Part shown: positions 35,713-49,225 of the stretch, piece after piece
How the letters are laid out: every line of letters starts with the position of its first letter
How positions within the stretch are numbered: the stretch's first letter is position 1
Assembly: GCA_030704615.1 (NCBI GenBank)
Contig: CM060734.1
Location: forward strand, 63,054,001-63,118,000
DNA length: 64,000 nucleotides
Direction: 5' to 3'
Source: Takakia lepidozioides
Lineage: Eukaryota; Plantae; Bryophyta
Made by a program: the position numbers and the translations under genes
The notes under the pieces: model-generated
The model's input: the letters and a program-made list of their open reading frames with translations, nothing else
Database searches by the model: none
What the model was told of the DNA's origin: nothing

Positions 35713-38700
35713 TCAAAGATGGGCTGTGACGGTGATGGGCTGTGAACGTGATGGGCTGTGATAGGCTGTGTCACCCACCCCGGTCATATATACTGGGCCT
35801 AGCGACAAGTTTCCATACTCCGTTCGTAACACTGGTGCAGCCCGTGACTGCTCTTGCGGTTCAACATGCAAATCATGCTGCAGGGGTTTGTCATGGATAC
35901 CACTGTACCCCTTCAACTTATTTGCATTGACTCTTCCCAGCATTTCTTTGTTAATGGTTTGTAACATGGCTGTGTTGTTATCATACATCTTTTGTATGAC
36001 ATAAGGTCCTTTCCATGGTGATTTAAGCTTAGAAGCTTGAATCTTTCCTTTCTTCTGCAACCATAGAACCAAATCCCCCGTCTTAAAAGTCTTTAATTTG
36101 CCTTCATCAAACTGTTCCTTTCGCTTCATCTGAATTCTGGTCATATTATCAGCTGCATCAGCACGTACTTCTTCCACATGGTATAATTCATGTTTCCTGA
36201 CCTTGATGGAGTCTTGCAATTCCATTCTTTTTCCCCACTCCGTTCTCATGGTAGGTAACAGGAATTCCACTGGAAGTAAGGCTTCCATACCATAAACTAA
36301 TTGGAATGGTGTATACTTAGTGGTGACTTTATATGAAGTCCTGTATGACCACAAAGCTGTCAGCAGCTTTGTATCCCAATCCGTTCTGTTTGCATTGACT
36401 ATCTTAGCCAAGATAGTACATAGTATTTTGTTGGTAGCCTCTGCCTGCCATTACCCTGTGGGTAATATGTTGTACTCTTTCTATGCACAATCATAAACTC
36501 TTTAGTCAATAACTCAATGGTCTCATTCATGAAGTGACTTCCTTGATCACTGATAAATTCTAAGGGACATCCAAATCGTGTAAGTATGTTCTCGTACAGG
36601 AACCTTGCTGTGGACTTGGCTGTGTTGTCCCTCAAAGCTTTAGCTTCCACCCACTTTGTAGTATAATCAGTGGCTGTAATTATGTACCTGTTTCGTGTAT
36701 TCTTGGATGGTGGATTAATTGGTCCAACAAAGTCTAGTCCCCATTTCTGAAATGGTTCCGTAGGCATTGTAGGATGCAAGGCCATTCTTCCAGATCTCTG
36801 CAAAGGTCCTAGCCTCTGACATTCATCACACTTCTGACAATACTCATGTACATCTTTGAACAAAGTAGGCCACCAGTATCCTGCGAGTAGTATCTTTCTA
36901 CTGGTAGTCTCTTCTCCAAAATGACCTCCAGCCACTCCTTTATGAACTTCCTCCAAGACTTTATTTACTTCATGGTGGTACAAGCATCGTTTTAGTACTC
37001 CATCAGGTCCTAACTTATACATTTCTGCTTCCTACCATAGTATAAGGTAAAGCTTGATAGCAATTCTCTTCCTCTGCTCCTTACCATAACTAGGTGGGCA
37101 CTGACCATGAGCAAGGTAGTATCTGATTGGCCACTGCCAATCTAACCATTCATCTGCACTTCCTTGCACCTCCATTACAATAAACTCGCATCAGGTAACT
37201 GATCGTCCACTCCTGTGGCGGCCTCTCCTGTTGTTAGTCGTGACAAATGATCTGCCACAAGATGCAAACGGCCAGGCTTGTAAATAACCTCGAACTCAAA
37301 CTCATGCAAGATTATTAACCACCTCGCTATCCTTCCACTTATCAAAGGTTTGTTCACCAGATATATCAGAGCCTGGTGATCCACATAAAACATAAACTTT
37401 CTTCCCAATAGGTAATGCCTGAATTTCTTCACTGCATAGATCATTGCCAATGCTTCTCTTTCCGTTGTGCTATAGTTCCTCTCAGCACTGTTCATCAACC
37501 GGCTAGCATAGTACACAGGTGAATCTATATTCCCTGTAACATTCTGGGCTAACACCGCTCCCAACGCTTCTCCTGATGCATCGCAGTGAACATGAAATAC
37601 TACATGCCAGTGAGGGTTAATCAGCACAGGTGTAGTTGTTACTGACAGTGTAAGTTCCTCAAACGCCTGTTGACATTCAGCTGTCCATGCAAACACTGCA
37701 TCTTTCTTCAGAAGCTTGCTCAATGGTGCTGCTATTTGTGCATACCTTTTGACAAATCTTCTGTAAACTGGTTTGCCCAAGGAATCTCCTTAAACTCTTA
37801 ACATTCACTGGTGGTGGAGAGACTTTAATGGACTCTGTCTTCCTGGGATCCACAAGAAGTCCCTTCTTACACACAATGTGTCCCAGAAGCACCCCTGAGT
37901 TCACACAGAAAGTACACTTCTCTGGATTCAAGCCCAGACCTCTCATCCTGCATCTGGCCAGGCATAACTCCAATTTATGCAAGTGCTCATTCTTAGAGCT
38001 GTACACACTGAAATCATCCAAAACCTGCATGAAATCATCCAGATACTCTGAAAAGATTCACTTATCACTCTCTGAAAGGTCGCTGGTGCATTACAAAGTC
38101 CAAAGGGCATGACTTTGTATGCATAAGCCCCCCAGTCTGTGATGAAAGCTGTTTTCCCTTGGTCTTCTTCTGCCACTTGCACTTGATTATAACCACTGAA
38201 GCCATCCATGAATGAGTACATCTCATGGCCTGCCACAGTGTCTAATACTGCTTCTGTGAATGGCAAAGGGAAAGGATCTTTCTTCGTACAAGCATTCAGC
38301 TTCTTATAGTTCACACACTCTCTTAGTTTGCCATTCTTCTTGGGAACTATAACAATGGGTGACAACCAAGTTGTATACTCTATTGGGTATATAAACTTAG
38401 CCTCAGCCAACTTCTTTATCTCTTCTCCAACCTTCTGTGCGTAGTTGGGATTCATTCTATACCTCGCCTGCTTGATTGGTACTGACCCTGGTTCCAGTTC
38501 AATTTTATGCTGACAGACTTCAGGTGGTATCCCCTTTTAGATCCTCATAGCTCCAAGCAAATACATCTCTGTATTTGATGAACAAGCTTTTAGCTTCTTC
38601 GAAGAATTCCGGCTCCAAATCAGCTCCTACTTTCACAGGTTCCTCCTGAGTTCCCATTTACTTCTCTCCTGCTCATCAGCTGTGATTGTCCAACCAGTCA

Positions 38701-39597
38701 CCACTTCATCCTGTAAGCTCACAGTGGCTGGTTCTTCTAGGATTTCTATTTCTCCTTCTCTTTCTTCATAGAAATGTGATGGGTAAATGCTGGTTTCCTT
38801 CTTCAGTTGGTGTTGCTGTCACTACACCAGCAGATACCTCTCAAACAACTTAGGCTTTCCAGCCGCATCTCTGCAACCTGCTCCCACTCTGGGTGTGCAG
38901 CAAATAGGGTAGCTTCCTGCTCCTCATCCAGTCCTCCCCTCCAGTCATACTCTCTGACTCCTCGAGGTCTTCTTGTAGCAGGTAATCTACTAGATTTCTT
39001 TGTGGTAATTTGTATCTCGTGCATCCCATTATGCACAGTTAGTAACTGAGAATTCCAGTCATGGAATACCCTGGCCTGTTTCAGCCACGGACGTCCCAAT
39101 AATAAGGAGTAAGCCTCCATGACTTCATCCATTTTTAATACAGTTACTGTGATCATAAAGATCATTTTCTGTATCTGTATCTTAACTCCTCTTATTAATC
39201 CCAATGGCTGTACACTTCTTTGATCTGCCATTGTTACTGTAAATGGGGCTGGTTTCATGTTACTTAGACCAAGCTTCTTCCTTAATTGGTCTGTCATGAT
39301 ATTTACTCCAGAACCACCATCTATCAGTACATCAGTTAGTTCTGTGCTTCCAATTCTCAATTGGATTACTGGCATAGAATCATCAAAGTCCATGACTGGT
39401 TCTCGCCCTTCCGGCTTCACATTATAACTGGTCACCTTGCTGTTCAGGTCTGTGTTTCCTGTCTCTTGGGCAATTCGATTGATTGCCTGATACAGCCTGT
39501 GCCTACAATAAGGTGCCACAGCTAATAGCTGTCCAATGGTAATTTCTGCTTTGGTCTGACATATTACTTCAGCCAAAGTCTCTTCATTACTTTGCAT
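35713..39597 (-). CDS. pol: E2 pol: aspartic protease, RT, RNase H, integrase (frameshifted)
   Basis: Protease VLIDGGSGVNIM and LLGRPWL. RT motifs. RNase H HCDASGEALGAVL. Integrase HHCC, DDE and GPY motifs. Confidence 0.95.
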
Positions 39598-39673
39598 GTC
39601 TGCATCTTCTTTTTTCCTTTCTTCCTGAATCAGAGGAATCTGCCACAGGAATCAGTACTCTTTTGCATTTCCC

Positions 39674-41858
39674 TTATAGTATCTGCCACTCCTTGTGCAG
39701 TTCCTTCTCATCTTTCCAAGTCTCTTCATCTTCAGGCATATCATTGCCACTTCCAGTCTCATCTTCTTCCTCTTCTACTGGAGGTATTAGTTTGGCTTTA
39801 CTTCTTGTTACTATCATTGTACTTACTTCTGGTACAACACATGGCCTAACCATGTGAGCTGCCACCACTGGGCCCTCATTCACAGGAGCTCTCATCTCAT
39901 TCTGGTGTCTTATCCAGAATGAACAGGCTGCATGTCCTGGCTGATTACAATAGTAACATAGCTCTTCACCATTGGGTCCTCGCCCTTGGTCTGTCTTGGA
40001 TTATTTCTATAATCCTGATTCCCGGGCTGGTAATTCCCCCTTGGATTACCCTGATAGTTGCCTCTGGAATTTCCTTGGTAATTCCCTCTTGAATTACCTC
40101 TCCCTTCCATGCCATTGTTATAACCACCAGACCTACCATAGTGGTCCTGATCATTGCTTCTTCTTGGCTGGGGCTGCACCTGATGCACCCTCACTTGCCT
40201 AGGTTCTCTTGCAGCTGTCCTTCTGTTGTAGTAACAATTCTCAGTAGAATGGTTATCCATTTTACAGATAGTACAGTGTTTCTCCTTCATGTGGCATTCT
40301 GTAGTGGTATGGCCTTCATTCTGGCACTTTGCACACCATACACCCTTCCTCCAATGTGTTGCAGCCTCTGTGGCATACTTCTTCAAGATTTCTTCCAATC
40401 TTTTCTCATAGTTATCCCTCTTCAACTTTTCCTTTCTCTTACTCTTTCTTTTTAGTTCTTGCTCTTCTTCTTCATCTGACTCATCTTCAGAGTCCTCATC
40501 TTCCTTTTTCTCTCTCCTGAGCATTCCCAATTGCTCAATTCTGTTTGCAGTTTCAAATGCCTCCTCCACTGTATTATGGGGTAACATATCCACTTTCTTC
40601 TGCAACTCTGGTCTTAGTCCACTCACAAACCAAGTCTTCTGTAAACCGGGTGCTGGTACTGCAGCCAGCTTTTTCATCATCAATTCCATCTTCTCCATAT
40701 ACTCTTCAACAGTTTCATGCTTCTTCTGCTTCAGCTGTTGTAAACTTCCATACACTTCATCCTCAGTTTTACTTGTCCTGAACCTATTTCGAAATGCTGT
40801 ATTCAAGCCATTCCAGGTTAGGAAATGATTATCAGGGAATCTTGCATACCATTCACTTGCTTTCTTGATAAGTGAACAAGGAAACAGTCTCATCTTGGCA
40901 TCATCGCCATTCTCATTGTTCACTATACACATGTGCTCAAATTGGCTAATGTGTACATCGGGATCCCCTTTTCCTGAATATATTGGAAAGGGTGGTTTTG
41001 CCCGTGTTGGTTGTAACGCCATCTGTGGCCCTACCTTCTGCCCACTGACAGGTGCTGGCACCCTTGCTGGTGCTGGTCCTTCTGGACCTGTTGTTTTTTG
41101 TGGTGGATCTTCCACCAAGTGGTGGCCCTTGAGCACTCCCTGCTTCTGGGCCCCACGATATTCACAGTATTCCCAGCTTCAGTTGCACTACTACTTCCCA
41201 CACTCCCTGTCCCCCCAGAGCCAGATCCAGGCAGCCCGCCTGATCCCCCTGAGCCGACACCTTCGTTGGCCTGTGATCCAAGTGCTCCACTTGATCCAGG
41301 TCCAACGGGTTGGGATGTCCTGGTTGTAGTCTCAACCTCAGCTGTTGGGTCTACTTCTTCATATTCTTCCTCTTCCAATTTCTTCTCTCTGTTTTCATCC
41401 TCCAAGTTCTGCCCTTGGGTTTCTTCTTCACTCATGTAACTCAACTGTAATGGTGTTGGAGAGTCTGAACTCTCCGTTGGCTCTGCCACATCCTCATCTC
41501 CTTCTTCATCTTCTGCTTCAGAAACTGGAGTTCCTGCTTTTGGTGTTCCATGCCAACTCTTATCAAAGATTTCTGTCAAGTCTTTTATCCAAGGATGTAC
41601 CTCAGATCTTTCACCTCGTGATTGATCTTCTTCCTGTACCAATTCCCTTAATCTTTCTTGCAAAGAAACAGAAGGAGTGGCATCCAACTCTAGTTCTTCC
41701 GGTATAGGTGATGCACTTTTTGATCTTGATGGTGTGAGAGGTCCAGATGATTCCCCTATGTCTATTCCTCTCTCCCAAAGATATGGATAATTAGCTTTCA
41801 GATAGCTTTCTCTTTTTGATGAATATCTTTGTCGTCTAGCTTCTCTTTCATCACTCAT
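39674..41858 (-). CDS. gag: E2 gag with acidic disordered N-terminus and CCHC zinc knuckles (frameshifted)
   Basis: Retrotransposon gag core LFPCSLIKKASEWY, plus CAKCQNEGHTTTEC and CTICKMDNHSTENC. Confidence 0.92.
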
Positions 41859-41879
41859 GTCCCATGTCTTTCATTTCTT

Positions 41880-42575
41880 TTAATGTGGCAATAACCAAAA
41901 CTCTCTTCTGTAATATCTCTCGTATATGCCTGGATTTCTTTCAAGCTTCAATGCACCCTTGGCTATACTTGAAGTCTCCGTTACCATATAACCATATGGC
42001 AAACAAGTCTGAAAAGCTGTTCTTGGTGTGAGTTTGATCCACAAAATATCCTTTGGAATCCAATTCTTTACCAGTACAAGCTCTTCATGCATATGAGTAT
42101 AAACATTCACCTTTCTTTCTTCCCAGCCTTCAAACTCTACTCGTTTAATGGATAGCAACGCTATCACATAAACTAATGTTGGTAACCAACGTGCTCTTCC
42201 TCTACAGGCTACCTGATAAATCTTTATCACTCCTTTCTCCAGACCCCATTCTGGATCAGCATCATGCACTCGTTTAAGAATATTTTCTTTACATCCGTCT
42301 GGCAATTCCAAGAACCTTTGAAAGAATTGTTTGGACAATCTTTCTTCCTTCGTTCCACAGGGAATTTGATTCACTTCAAATTCTTTAATGGTCCAACCAC
42401 CATGATCCCACCAGATGCCTGTCACATCTGGTTGTTCATGTCCCAGGTCCCCAGTATGGTCGCCAAATGTCGCGCGGCTTTTACTCACCCATCCCTTCGC
42501 TATCCGAGGCGGAAACTCCAAGATAGAAGAGTTGGAAATCTCTAAGTACTCAGCCCGCGCAGAACAATCAGTCAT
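41880..42575 (-). CDS. 5' extra ORF (231 aa) starting inside the LTR and reading through the PBS
   Basis: The open frame ends 22 bp before the gag ATG. The homolog in E1 (29150-29290) differs mostly by synonymous changes. Confidence 0.6.
   Translation of the reverse strand: MTDCSARAEYLEISNSSILEFPPRIAKGWVSKSRATFGDHTGDLGHEQPDVTGIWWDHGGWTIKEFEVNQIPCGTKEERLSKQFFQRFLELPDGCKENILKRVHDADPEWGLEKGVIKIYQVACRGRARWLPTLVYVIALLSIKRVEFEGWEERKVNVYTHMHEELVLVKNWIPKDILWIKLTPRTAFQTCLPYGYMVTETSSIAKGALKLERNPGIYERYYRREFWLLPH
42448..42465 (-). promoter_or_regulatory. Primer binding site, tRNA-Arg-like
   Basis: TGGCGACCATACTGGGGA lies 2 nt from the LTR and resembles the TGGCGACTCCACTGGGGA tRNA-Arg PBS of Ogre/Tat elements. 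Confidence 0.75.
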
Positions 42576-43436
42576 GACCTACAGCTAGTGTATCATGGGG
42601 GTGTTTCCTATTTGTTTCCCTTTCCGCATTCATCTTAGCTACCTTACCATTGATAATTAAGTATCAGTTTGCTTCATCAATTTATCGGTTTCCTTCACTC
42701 ATCCATTCAATCCACAGCTTCACTCAGATCTCTCTACACAGTGTGATTGTATCGTATAAGTATCAGATTATGATTTATCAGGTATCAGGCCGAAGCCATT
42801 GTGTCTCTATTCTCCTCTACAATATCCCTACAGCTTTGCATATAACAAGCATCTACTAATCCTCTTTCTCCTCCTTCATCGTGCTCTCCGATCTCCGCTC
42901 CCGCCTGACTCCAAAGTCCTCCCCGAATAATGATCCCCTCTCATTCCCCGTTCTTCCCTTTATCCTCCTATCCGCGGTTCTAACCGTTTCCCTCTCTAAC
43001 CGTCGTATGTGAACTAACATGTTCCCTTCACAGGTGTTGTTCCCCACAGTCGTTCCCTGTCCTACTCTTCGTTCCCTATTATCGTGACAGCTGTGTCAAG
43101 CGGTGACTGGCTGTGTTTGGCTGTGTCGGGCTGTGACTGGCTGTGTGGCTGTGTGTGACGGGCTGTGTGGGCTGTGTCTGCTGTGACGACTGTGACGGCT
43201 GTGTGGGCTGTGTGGGCTGTGTGTGTCTGTGGGCTGTGACGGGCTGTGTGGGCTGTGTGGGCTGTGACGTGTGGCTGTGTGGGCTGTGACTGTTGTGTCG
43301 GCTGTGCTATGTAACCCCCCTCTACAGTGCGCTGCTGTCACCCCTAAGGTTCCTGTTTGTCTCTCAGTCTGTGCAAAAATTAAGGGTACCCTACAGATCC
43401 CGTATAAGTGTCTAAGTCCCCTACAGTCCTCTAACA
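42468..43436 (-). repeat. 5' LTR of E2
   Basis: TG...CA boundaries with adjacent PBS and TSD. Confidence 0.95.
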
Positions 43437-46285
43437 AGGAGTTTGAGGCTAGAATTGCCATTGAGTGTGCAAGCAAGGTAGATGTGGAGGCCAATCTCTG
43501 GTTGCAAAAAGAGTTGGAGGACACGAAGGCTGCATTGCAACTGACAAAGGGGAATCTGATTGAAGCAAGTCTGGAGCAGAAGAAGTTGCATGAACTACAT
43601 AAGCAACAACTATACCAGTTGTAGGTGATGCATGGGGCAAATTGCAGGAAGTGAAGGTGCTCCATACAGAGTTGGAGGCAGTTCATCAAAAAATGACCAT
43701 CCAATGCGCCACGCTAACAACTGCTCTGCAGCAAACTGCAACAGAAGTTAACAAACAAGCACAGAGGTGTATGATGGTGGAGGCCGAGACAGTGGAGCAA
43801 ACTCATTGCTGAATTGAAGGCTACTATCCGTCGCAATGAGGATACCATCCAACAATACAGTCGGATGGAGGTAGAGAAGGAAAGGTACATCTTGGAGTTG
43901 CAGCAAATCCTCACGGGCCAAAAGAATGAACTTTCTGTGGCTAACAAGGCTTGGAAGGAGGCTAATAATTTGGCTGCTGCCTATGCAGCTCTGGTTGAAC
44001 CTCATGCAAAGCGCATAGAGAGTTTGCAACAGCAGTTGCAAACATATAGACTCAAAGAGGAGGAAGGTCTCAAGGGTGTCACACAAGACTTGGTGGATAA
44101 ACACCTTATGCAAGTGTGGTTAGCACAAGGGCCGGTAGAAGGGAAGGCACCAAGGAAGCTCACCCAGGGAGAGATGAATGATCTCAGGCTGCAGGTGCAG
44201 AACATTGCCACAACTACTATAGACAATATCTATAGTAAAATAGCTGAGTTGCAGGATGATATGGAAGGCCTGCAAACTCAAGTAGATGACTTGAGCTCAA
44301 ACATTGACAAAAGAGCATTTGTTCCTGAGGACAGGACTCTGATTTTTCAGTCTTTATCACCGGAGGTGCAGGACTTACCAACACTATGAGGGACAGTGGC
44401 GGCAATATCACAGCCCCCACAGCAGGAGGCTGTGCAGGAGGTTCACACTGTTGATACCATGGCAACGCAGCAAGCTGAGGTTTGGGGGGATCCTGCTTTC
44501 AACCCACCTAAGACACCTGCTGCACGTGAGTATAATCGGGCTATGATTATGCCCTTCAACCAAATTCCCATTGTCATGGACTCGGCTTGGAAGGAATTCA
44601 GTCCTCCACAGTCTTTGGCACATTATTACCAGATCATGCGCATTTGGTTGCCACTGGCAACTCGGACCAAGGTTCTTCCGAACAATCGACCCATTGAGGA
44701 TCATCATTTTGCCAGGTACTGGTCTGAGGCAAGCACCATGTTGAAGGAATTAATTGCCTTCCAAGTTGTTCATGGATACATTTACACCAAGACCAAGGAG
44801 GTATCTAGTTTGGTCATGGGCTGTGGGTTATACTATGCTGCTTGTTTCATGGCACGTTATCACATTGAGCAGCAGAAGATGCAGTCAAGATTTTTGAGTT
44901 ATTCTACTGGGGATCATTGGGTGTTACCTTCAGTTCCACCCCATATGTATCTATATGATGTCAAAGTTATGTTACAGAAGGATTCTCAACTTCGTTCATG
45001 GTTTAATTTGGCTTGGAACAACTTGGCCAAAGAAAAATTGGGTCCTGATGATATTTTCTACAAGGGACATGAAGCCTAGAAATACTTACACTATTCCAAA
45101 GTCATTGGCACACCTCTTACCTAAACGGACAAAGAATTCAGGGAGTTCACTCATTTTGCTTGCAAGAGATTGATGCAAGTAGTACAGTTTAAGCTTCTAG
45201 ACATGGTGGGCCAACACTGTATGCCACGCAGGATTCCTGAGTCACCCAAGAAGATCAGACCACCGAAAGGCTGCCGGGGTGAAGATGATTATGATACTAC
45301 TGGTTCAGTGGAGGGCGATTTTGACATGGCTGATGACTATGAATTAGCAATGGTGGAAAAAAGACGAAGGGGATCTCCTATACCACAGTTTTTAGGGGTG
45401 ACAGGCGCATGCTTTCGGGGTGGTAGACAGGCTTACACACTCAGTCACAGTCTGACACAGTCTGTCACAGCCAGTCATAGCCCAACACAGTCTGACACAG
45501 CCAGTCACAGCCCAACACAGTCCGACACAGCCAGTCACAGCTCGGCACAGTCAACACAGCCCGACACAGCCTCATCACAGCCAGTCACAGTTCGGCACAG
45601 TCACAGCTCGACACAGCTTGGCACAGCCCGTCACAGCGTACATAGGGAACGGATATCATTGACAGGGTATGACTGTGTGGGAACGACATCTGCAGAGGGA
45701 ACGTGTTACTTCAGGGGTGACAGTTAGTTAGTTAGGTGGTTAGAACAGCTTGTAGGTAGATTAGGCAGGGAAGCAACAAGAAGGGGTGGGGGGGGGGGGG
45801 GGTTTCTTGGAGAGCGCTTCTGGGTCAGGGGATGGAGGAGATGAAGCGGGGAGCAGAAACGGAATCAAGGATGGAGTTTACGGCGAAGATGGGAAGATGA
45901 CTTGATCCATGCACCCTGTAGAATCATACAAGAGGACAGATTAGAGACACCAGGGCTACGGCCTGATATTTGACAGAGATTAATATGATACACATTCCTT
46001 ACTCACACCGTGTAGAGAGAACTGAGTGAAGCTGTGGAATGAAAGGTTGATCAACGGAACTTGGTAGATTGCTTAAGCAATCTATTACTCAAATATAAAC
46101 AATAAGGTAACTTATTGACATGAAGGCAAGAAAGAATACAAGCAGGAAGCACTACCATGATACACCAGTTGTAGGTCATGACTGATTGTTCTGAGCGGGC
46201 TGAGTGTTTAGAGATATCCAACTCTTCTATCTTGGAGTTCCCTCCTCGGATAGCGAAGGGATGGGTGAGTAAAAGCCGCTCGACA
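43437..46285 (+). mobile_element. Older related Gypsy E3: 3' extra ORF remnant and 5'-truncated 3' LTR (45392-46285); continues at 30310-30436
   Basis: DPQQAMLMSSI...LKQE|FEARIAIEC joins across the E2 insertion. ORFs 43814-45079 are homologous to 19008-20207. The LTR ends ...AAAAGCCGCTCGACA. Confidence 0.88.
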
Positions 46286-47925
46286 AAAGTACTTTCGACC
46301 TGTCCTTCCTTGCGCCACTGCGTAAGAAGTAGAGCTAGTGTATAGTCTGTGATATCCGCCATAGCTACAAAGCTATAGCTTTGATTGCCTCTCCCGTCAA
46401 GACACTGGTTATCCGGAATAATGCCTATTCTTCCGCTCATAATCCTCTTAATTTCTTGTTCTTGTTTCTTGAATGGAGTCTCTTGCACAAAATTCACATT
46501 GCTGATTGGCCGTTGCCTCATTAGGTAACTTCTCATTTTTACCCTAATCTGTTCACATTCCATCTTGGAATGACCACTAGGACTGCATATGTGGCAAAGG
46601 TTCCCCGTCTTCTTGTGTGATGGCGCCCGTTATTGCAGTACATGCAATGCGGAGTGCTTTGCCCCATTGGCCACGTGTTTTAATTCAAACACTCTCCCGT
46701 CTCCCTCTGTCCGTGTGGCACATCCTCCGAGTTTGACTTCCAAACTGTATTTACACTTACCGGCCACTTTACTGACGTTAACTCGTGTCCATCTGTCACT
46801 AACCTTATGGACTGTGCGACCTGTGTGGGCTATGTTGCTTGTGTTGGGCTGTGACAGGCTGTGTCAAGATGTGGTAAGCTGTGATATGCTGTAATAGGCT
46901 GTGGTGGACTGTGATATGTTGTAATAGACTGTGGTGGGCTGCGATGGCTGTGTGAACACATGTGTTCTCTGCTATGGCCATACAAATTTGGCTTTATGAC
47001 AAGTGCTTCATGCTCCGCTGGTGCTACCGGTGAAGTCTGTGACTGCATCTGTGTTTCAAGATGCAATTCATGTTGCAATGGTCTATCATGGATACCATTG
47101 TATCCCGTCAACTTATTGACATTGACTCTTCCAAGCATCTCTTTGTTAATGGTTTGTAACATAGTTGTGTTGTTATCATACATCTTCTGTATGACATAAG
47201 GTCCTTTCCATGGTGATTTAAGCTTAGAAGCTTTAATCTTTCCCTTCTTCTGCAACCACAGTACCAAATCACCTGTCTTAAAAGTTTTCAATTTACCCTC
47301 ATCGAACTGATCCTTCCTCTTCATCTGAATTCTGGTCATGTTATCTGCTGCATCAGCACATACTTCTTCCACATGATATAGTTCATGTTTTCTTACTTTA
47401 ATTGAATCCTCCAATTCCATTCTCCTTCCCCATTCAGTTCTCATGGTAGGTAATAAGAATTCTACTGGAAGTAAAGTTGCAATACCATAAACTAATTGGA
47501 ATGGTGTATACTTGGTGATAACTTTATACGAAGTCCTATATGACCACAAAGCTGTCAACAGCTTTGTATCCCAGTCTGTCATGTTTGCATTGACTATCTT
47601 AGCCAAGATAGTGCATAGTATTTTGTTGGTGGCCTCTGCTTGCCCATTGCCCTGTGGGTAATAGGTTGTACTTTTCCTGTGCACAATCATGAACTCCTTA
47701 GTCAATAGTTCAATGGTTTGATTAATGAAATGACTTCCCTGGTCACTGATAAATTCCAGGGGACAGCCAAATCTTGTGAGAATGTTCTCATATATGAACC
47801 TTGCTGTAGACTTAGTTGTGTTGTCCCTCAGAGCCTTAGCTTCCACCCATTTTGTAGTATAATCAGTGGCTGTGATTATATACTTGTTCTGTGTATTCCT
47901 GGCTGGTGGATTAATTGGTCCGGGC
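46286..47925 (-). pseudogene. Related Gypsy E4 fragment: integrase core/C-terminus and post-integrase region
   Basis: GPINPPARNTQNKYIITATDYTTKWVEA...SDQGSHF...GQAE...WKGPY. Confidence 0.92.
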
Positions 47926-49225
47926 AGTTGTGTAATGTGAATGCAGGGGAGTGACATTTAAAATTGCTCAGATTCTTCATTTCCACAAGAAAGGGGCTCT
48001 GGTACCAGTGCGAAATAGGTGGAGTTATCCCTGCGATTTATTTCATCCATGCCTACCAGGCTGTGTCTGAGAAGAAGAACTTGGCCAGGATGAAAACGCT
48101 CAAGTGTCTTGCTATTTTATTTCATCCATGCTATGGACGGAATTCATCCTTGCCTACAGGTTGTTTCATGGGCACACTGTGATGATACTTTCCCAAGATG
48201 AGCTAAGTCGTGACCAGACGTATTTTTCATCCGGAGGATGAACGCATTACGTCCATTCTTACTGGATGATGCACAAGAACATTTTCCGTTCGTGGAATGG
48301 ATGACTTTCATCATTGGCGGTTACCCTAGAAACGCGGGACGAGGAAGACGAAGGGGAAGATGACGGGGCTCTAAGCAGATGCTGCGAACAGTGGAATTGG
48401 CAGGGCATTGTGTCAAGGGCGATTGCATCTACGCTGGGGTGTTCTGGCTTGCATTAAGGGAAGTGTTAATTAGAGCTGATGTAGAGGATAAGGGCACAGC
48501 TTGGTAATCTGTGCAGCAGGGGAAGCGGTGTTGTCTTTGGTCTGTTTCATTCATAATCTCGTGCTGCTGGAGGATGAGCTTGCGTAGAGAGCTTGCGTGG
48601 AGAAGCAGCTTGACGTAATGAACAGTTGCAGATGGGAAGAAATGATGAGGGCGGTGGCTCGTGAGTGATGACTTGGGTTATCCAGACGGCAGGGTTCTTA
48701 AATGATACATTGCCAGGGAACGACTTGGCATGTGTGCAGCTGCCATACGGAGGAAGGCGGTGCCGCCATGAACGTTATGATTATCACTTGGCAATTAACT
48801 GGAAGATGAGCAGACGGGGGGAATTGGGGGTTTTGGAGTGGAAGTACAGCGACCAGTTAAGAGAAAGCAGTGCCGCATGGCCTTTATGGATTCTTGCCTG
48901 GGAGTGATCTCACGAGGGAAGGATGGCTTAGCGTAGTGTGCAGCTCTCCCATTTGCTTTGAAATCGTTAAGAATGACATGCGGCAGGCAGAGAGGGTAGT
49001 GGCGTGATGACTTGGTGTGTCTTTAAAGGATAGGGTTACTGTCATGTGTATGGACAGAGCAACAAATCTGACGCGGTAGGGCTTATGTATCGTATCAATC
49101 AGTTTGTTTTAGGGAAGGATGGCAGGGATGCGCTGGAGGATGGTGGCGTTTAGGCATGGCGGCCTTGTTTATGACGATCAGATGCATGGCGGACCTGTTT
49201 GTGACGATCAGATGCGGGTAATTTG

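Larger units (their letters stand above)
30437..43436 (-). mobile_element. Full-length Ty3/Gypsy LTR retrotransposon E2 (non-chromoviral-like, 13.0 kb) with 5' and 3' extra ORFs
   Basis: LTRs 30437-31339 and 42468-43436 (TG..CA). 5-bp TSD AGGAG at 30432-30436 and 43437-43441. PBS TGGCGACCATACTGGGGA (42465-42448). PPT 31340-31356. Order gag-PR-RT-RH-INT; no chromodomain seen. Confidence 0.96.

Noticed and set aside
46051-46563. 170-aa ORF
   Set aside because: Chimeric read-through across the E4/E3-LTR junction at 46285/46286.
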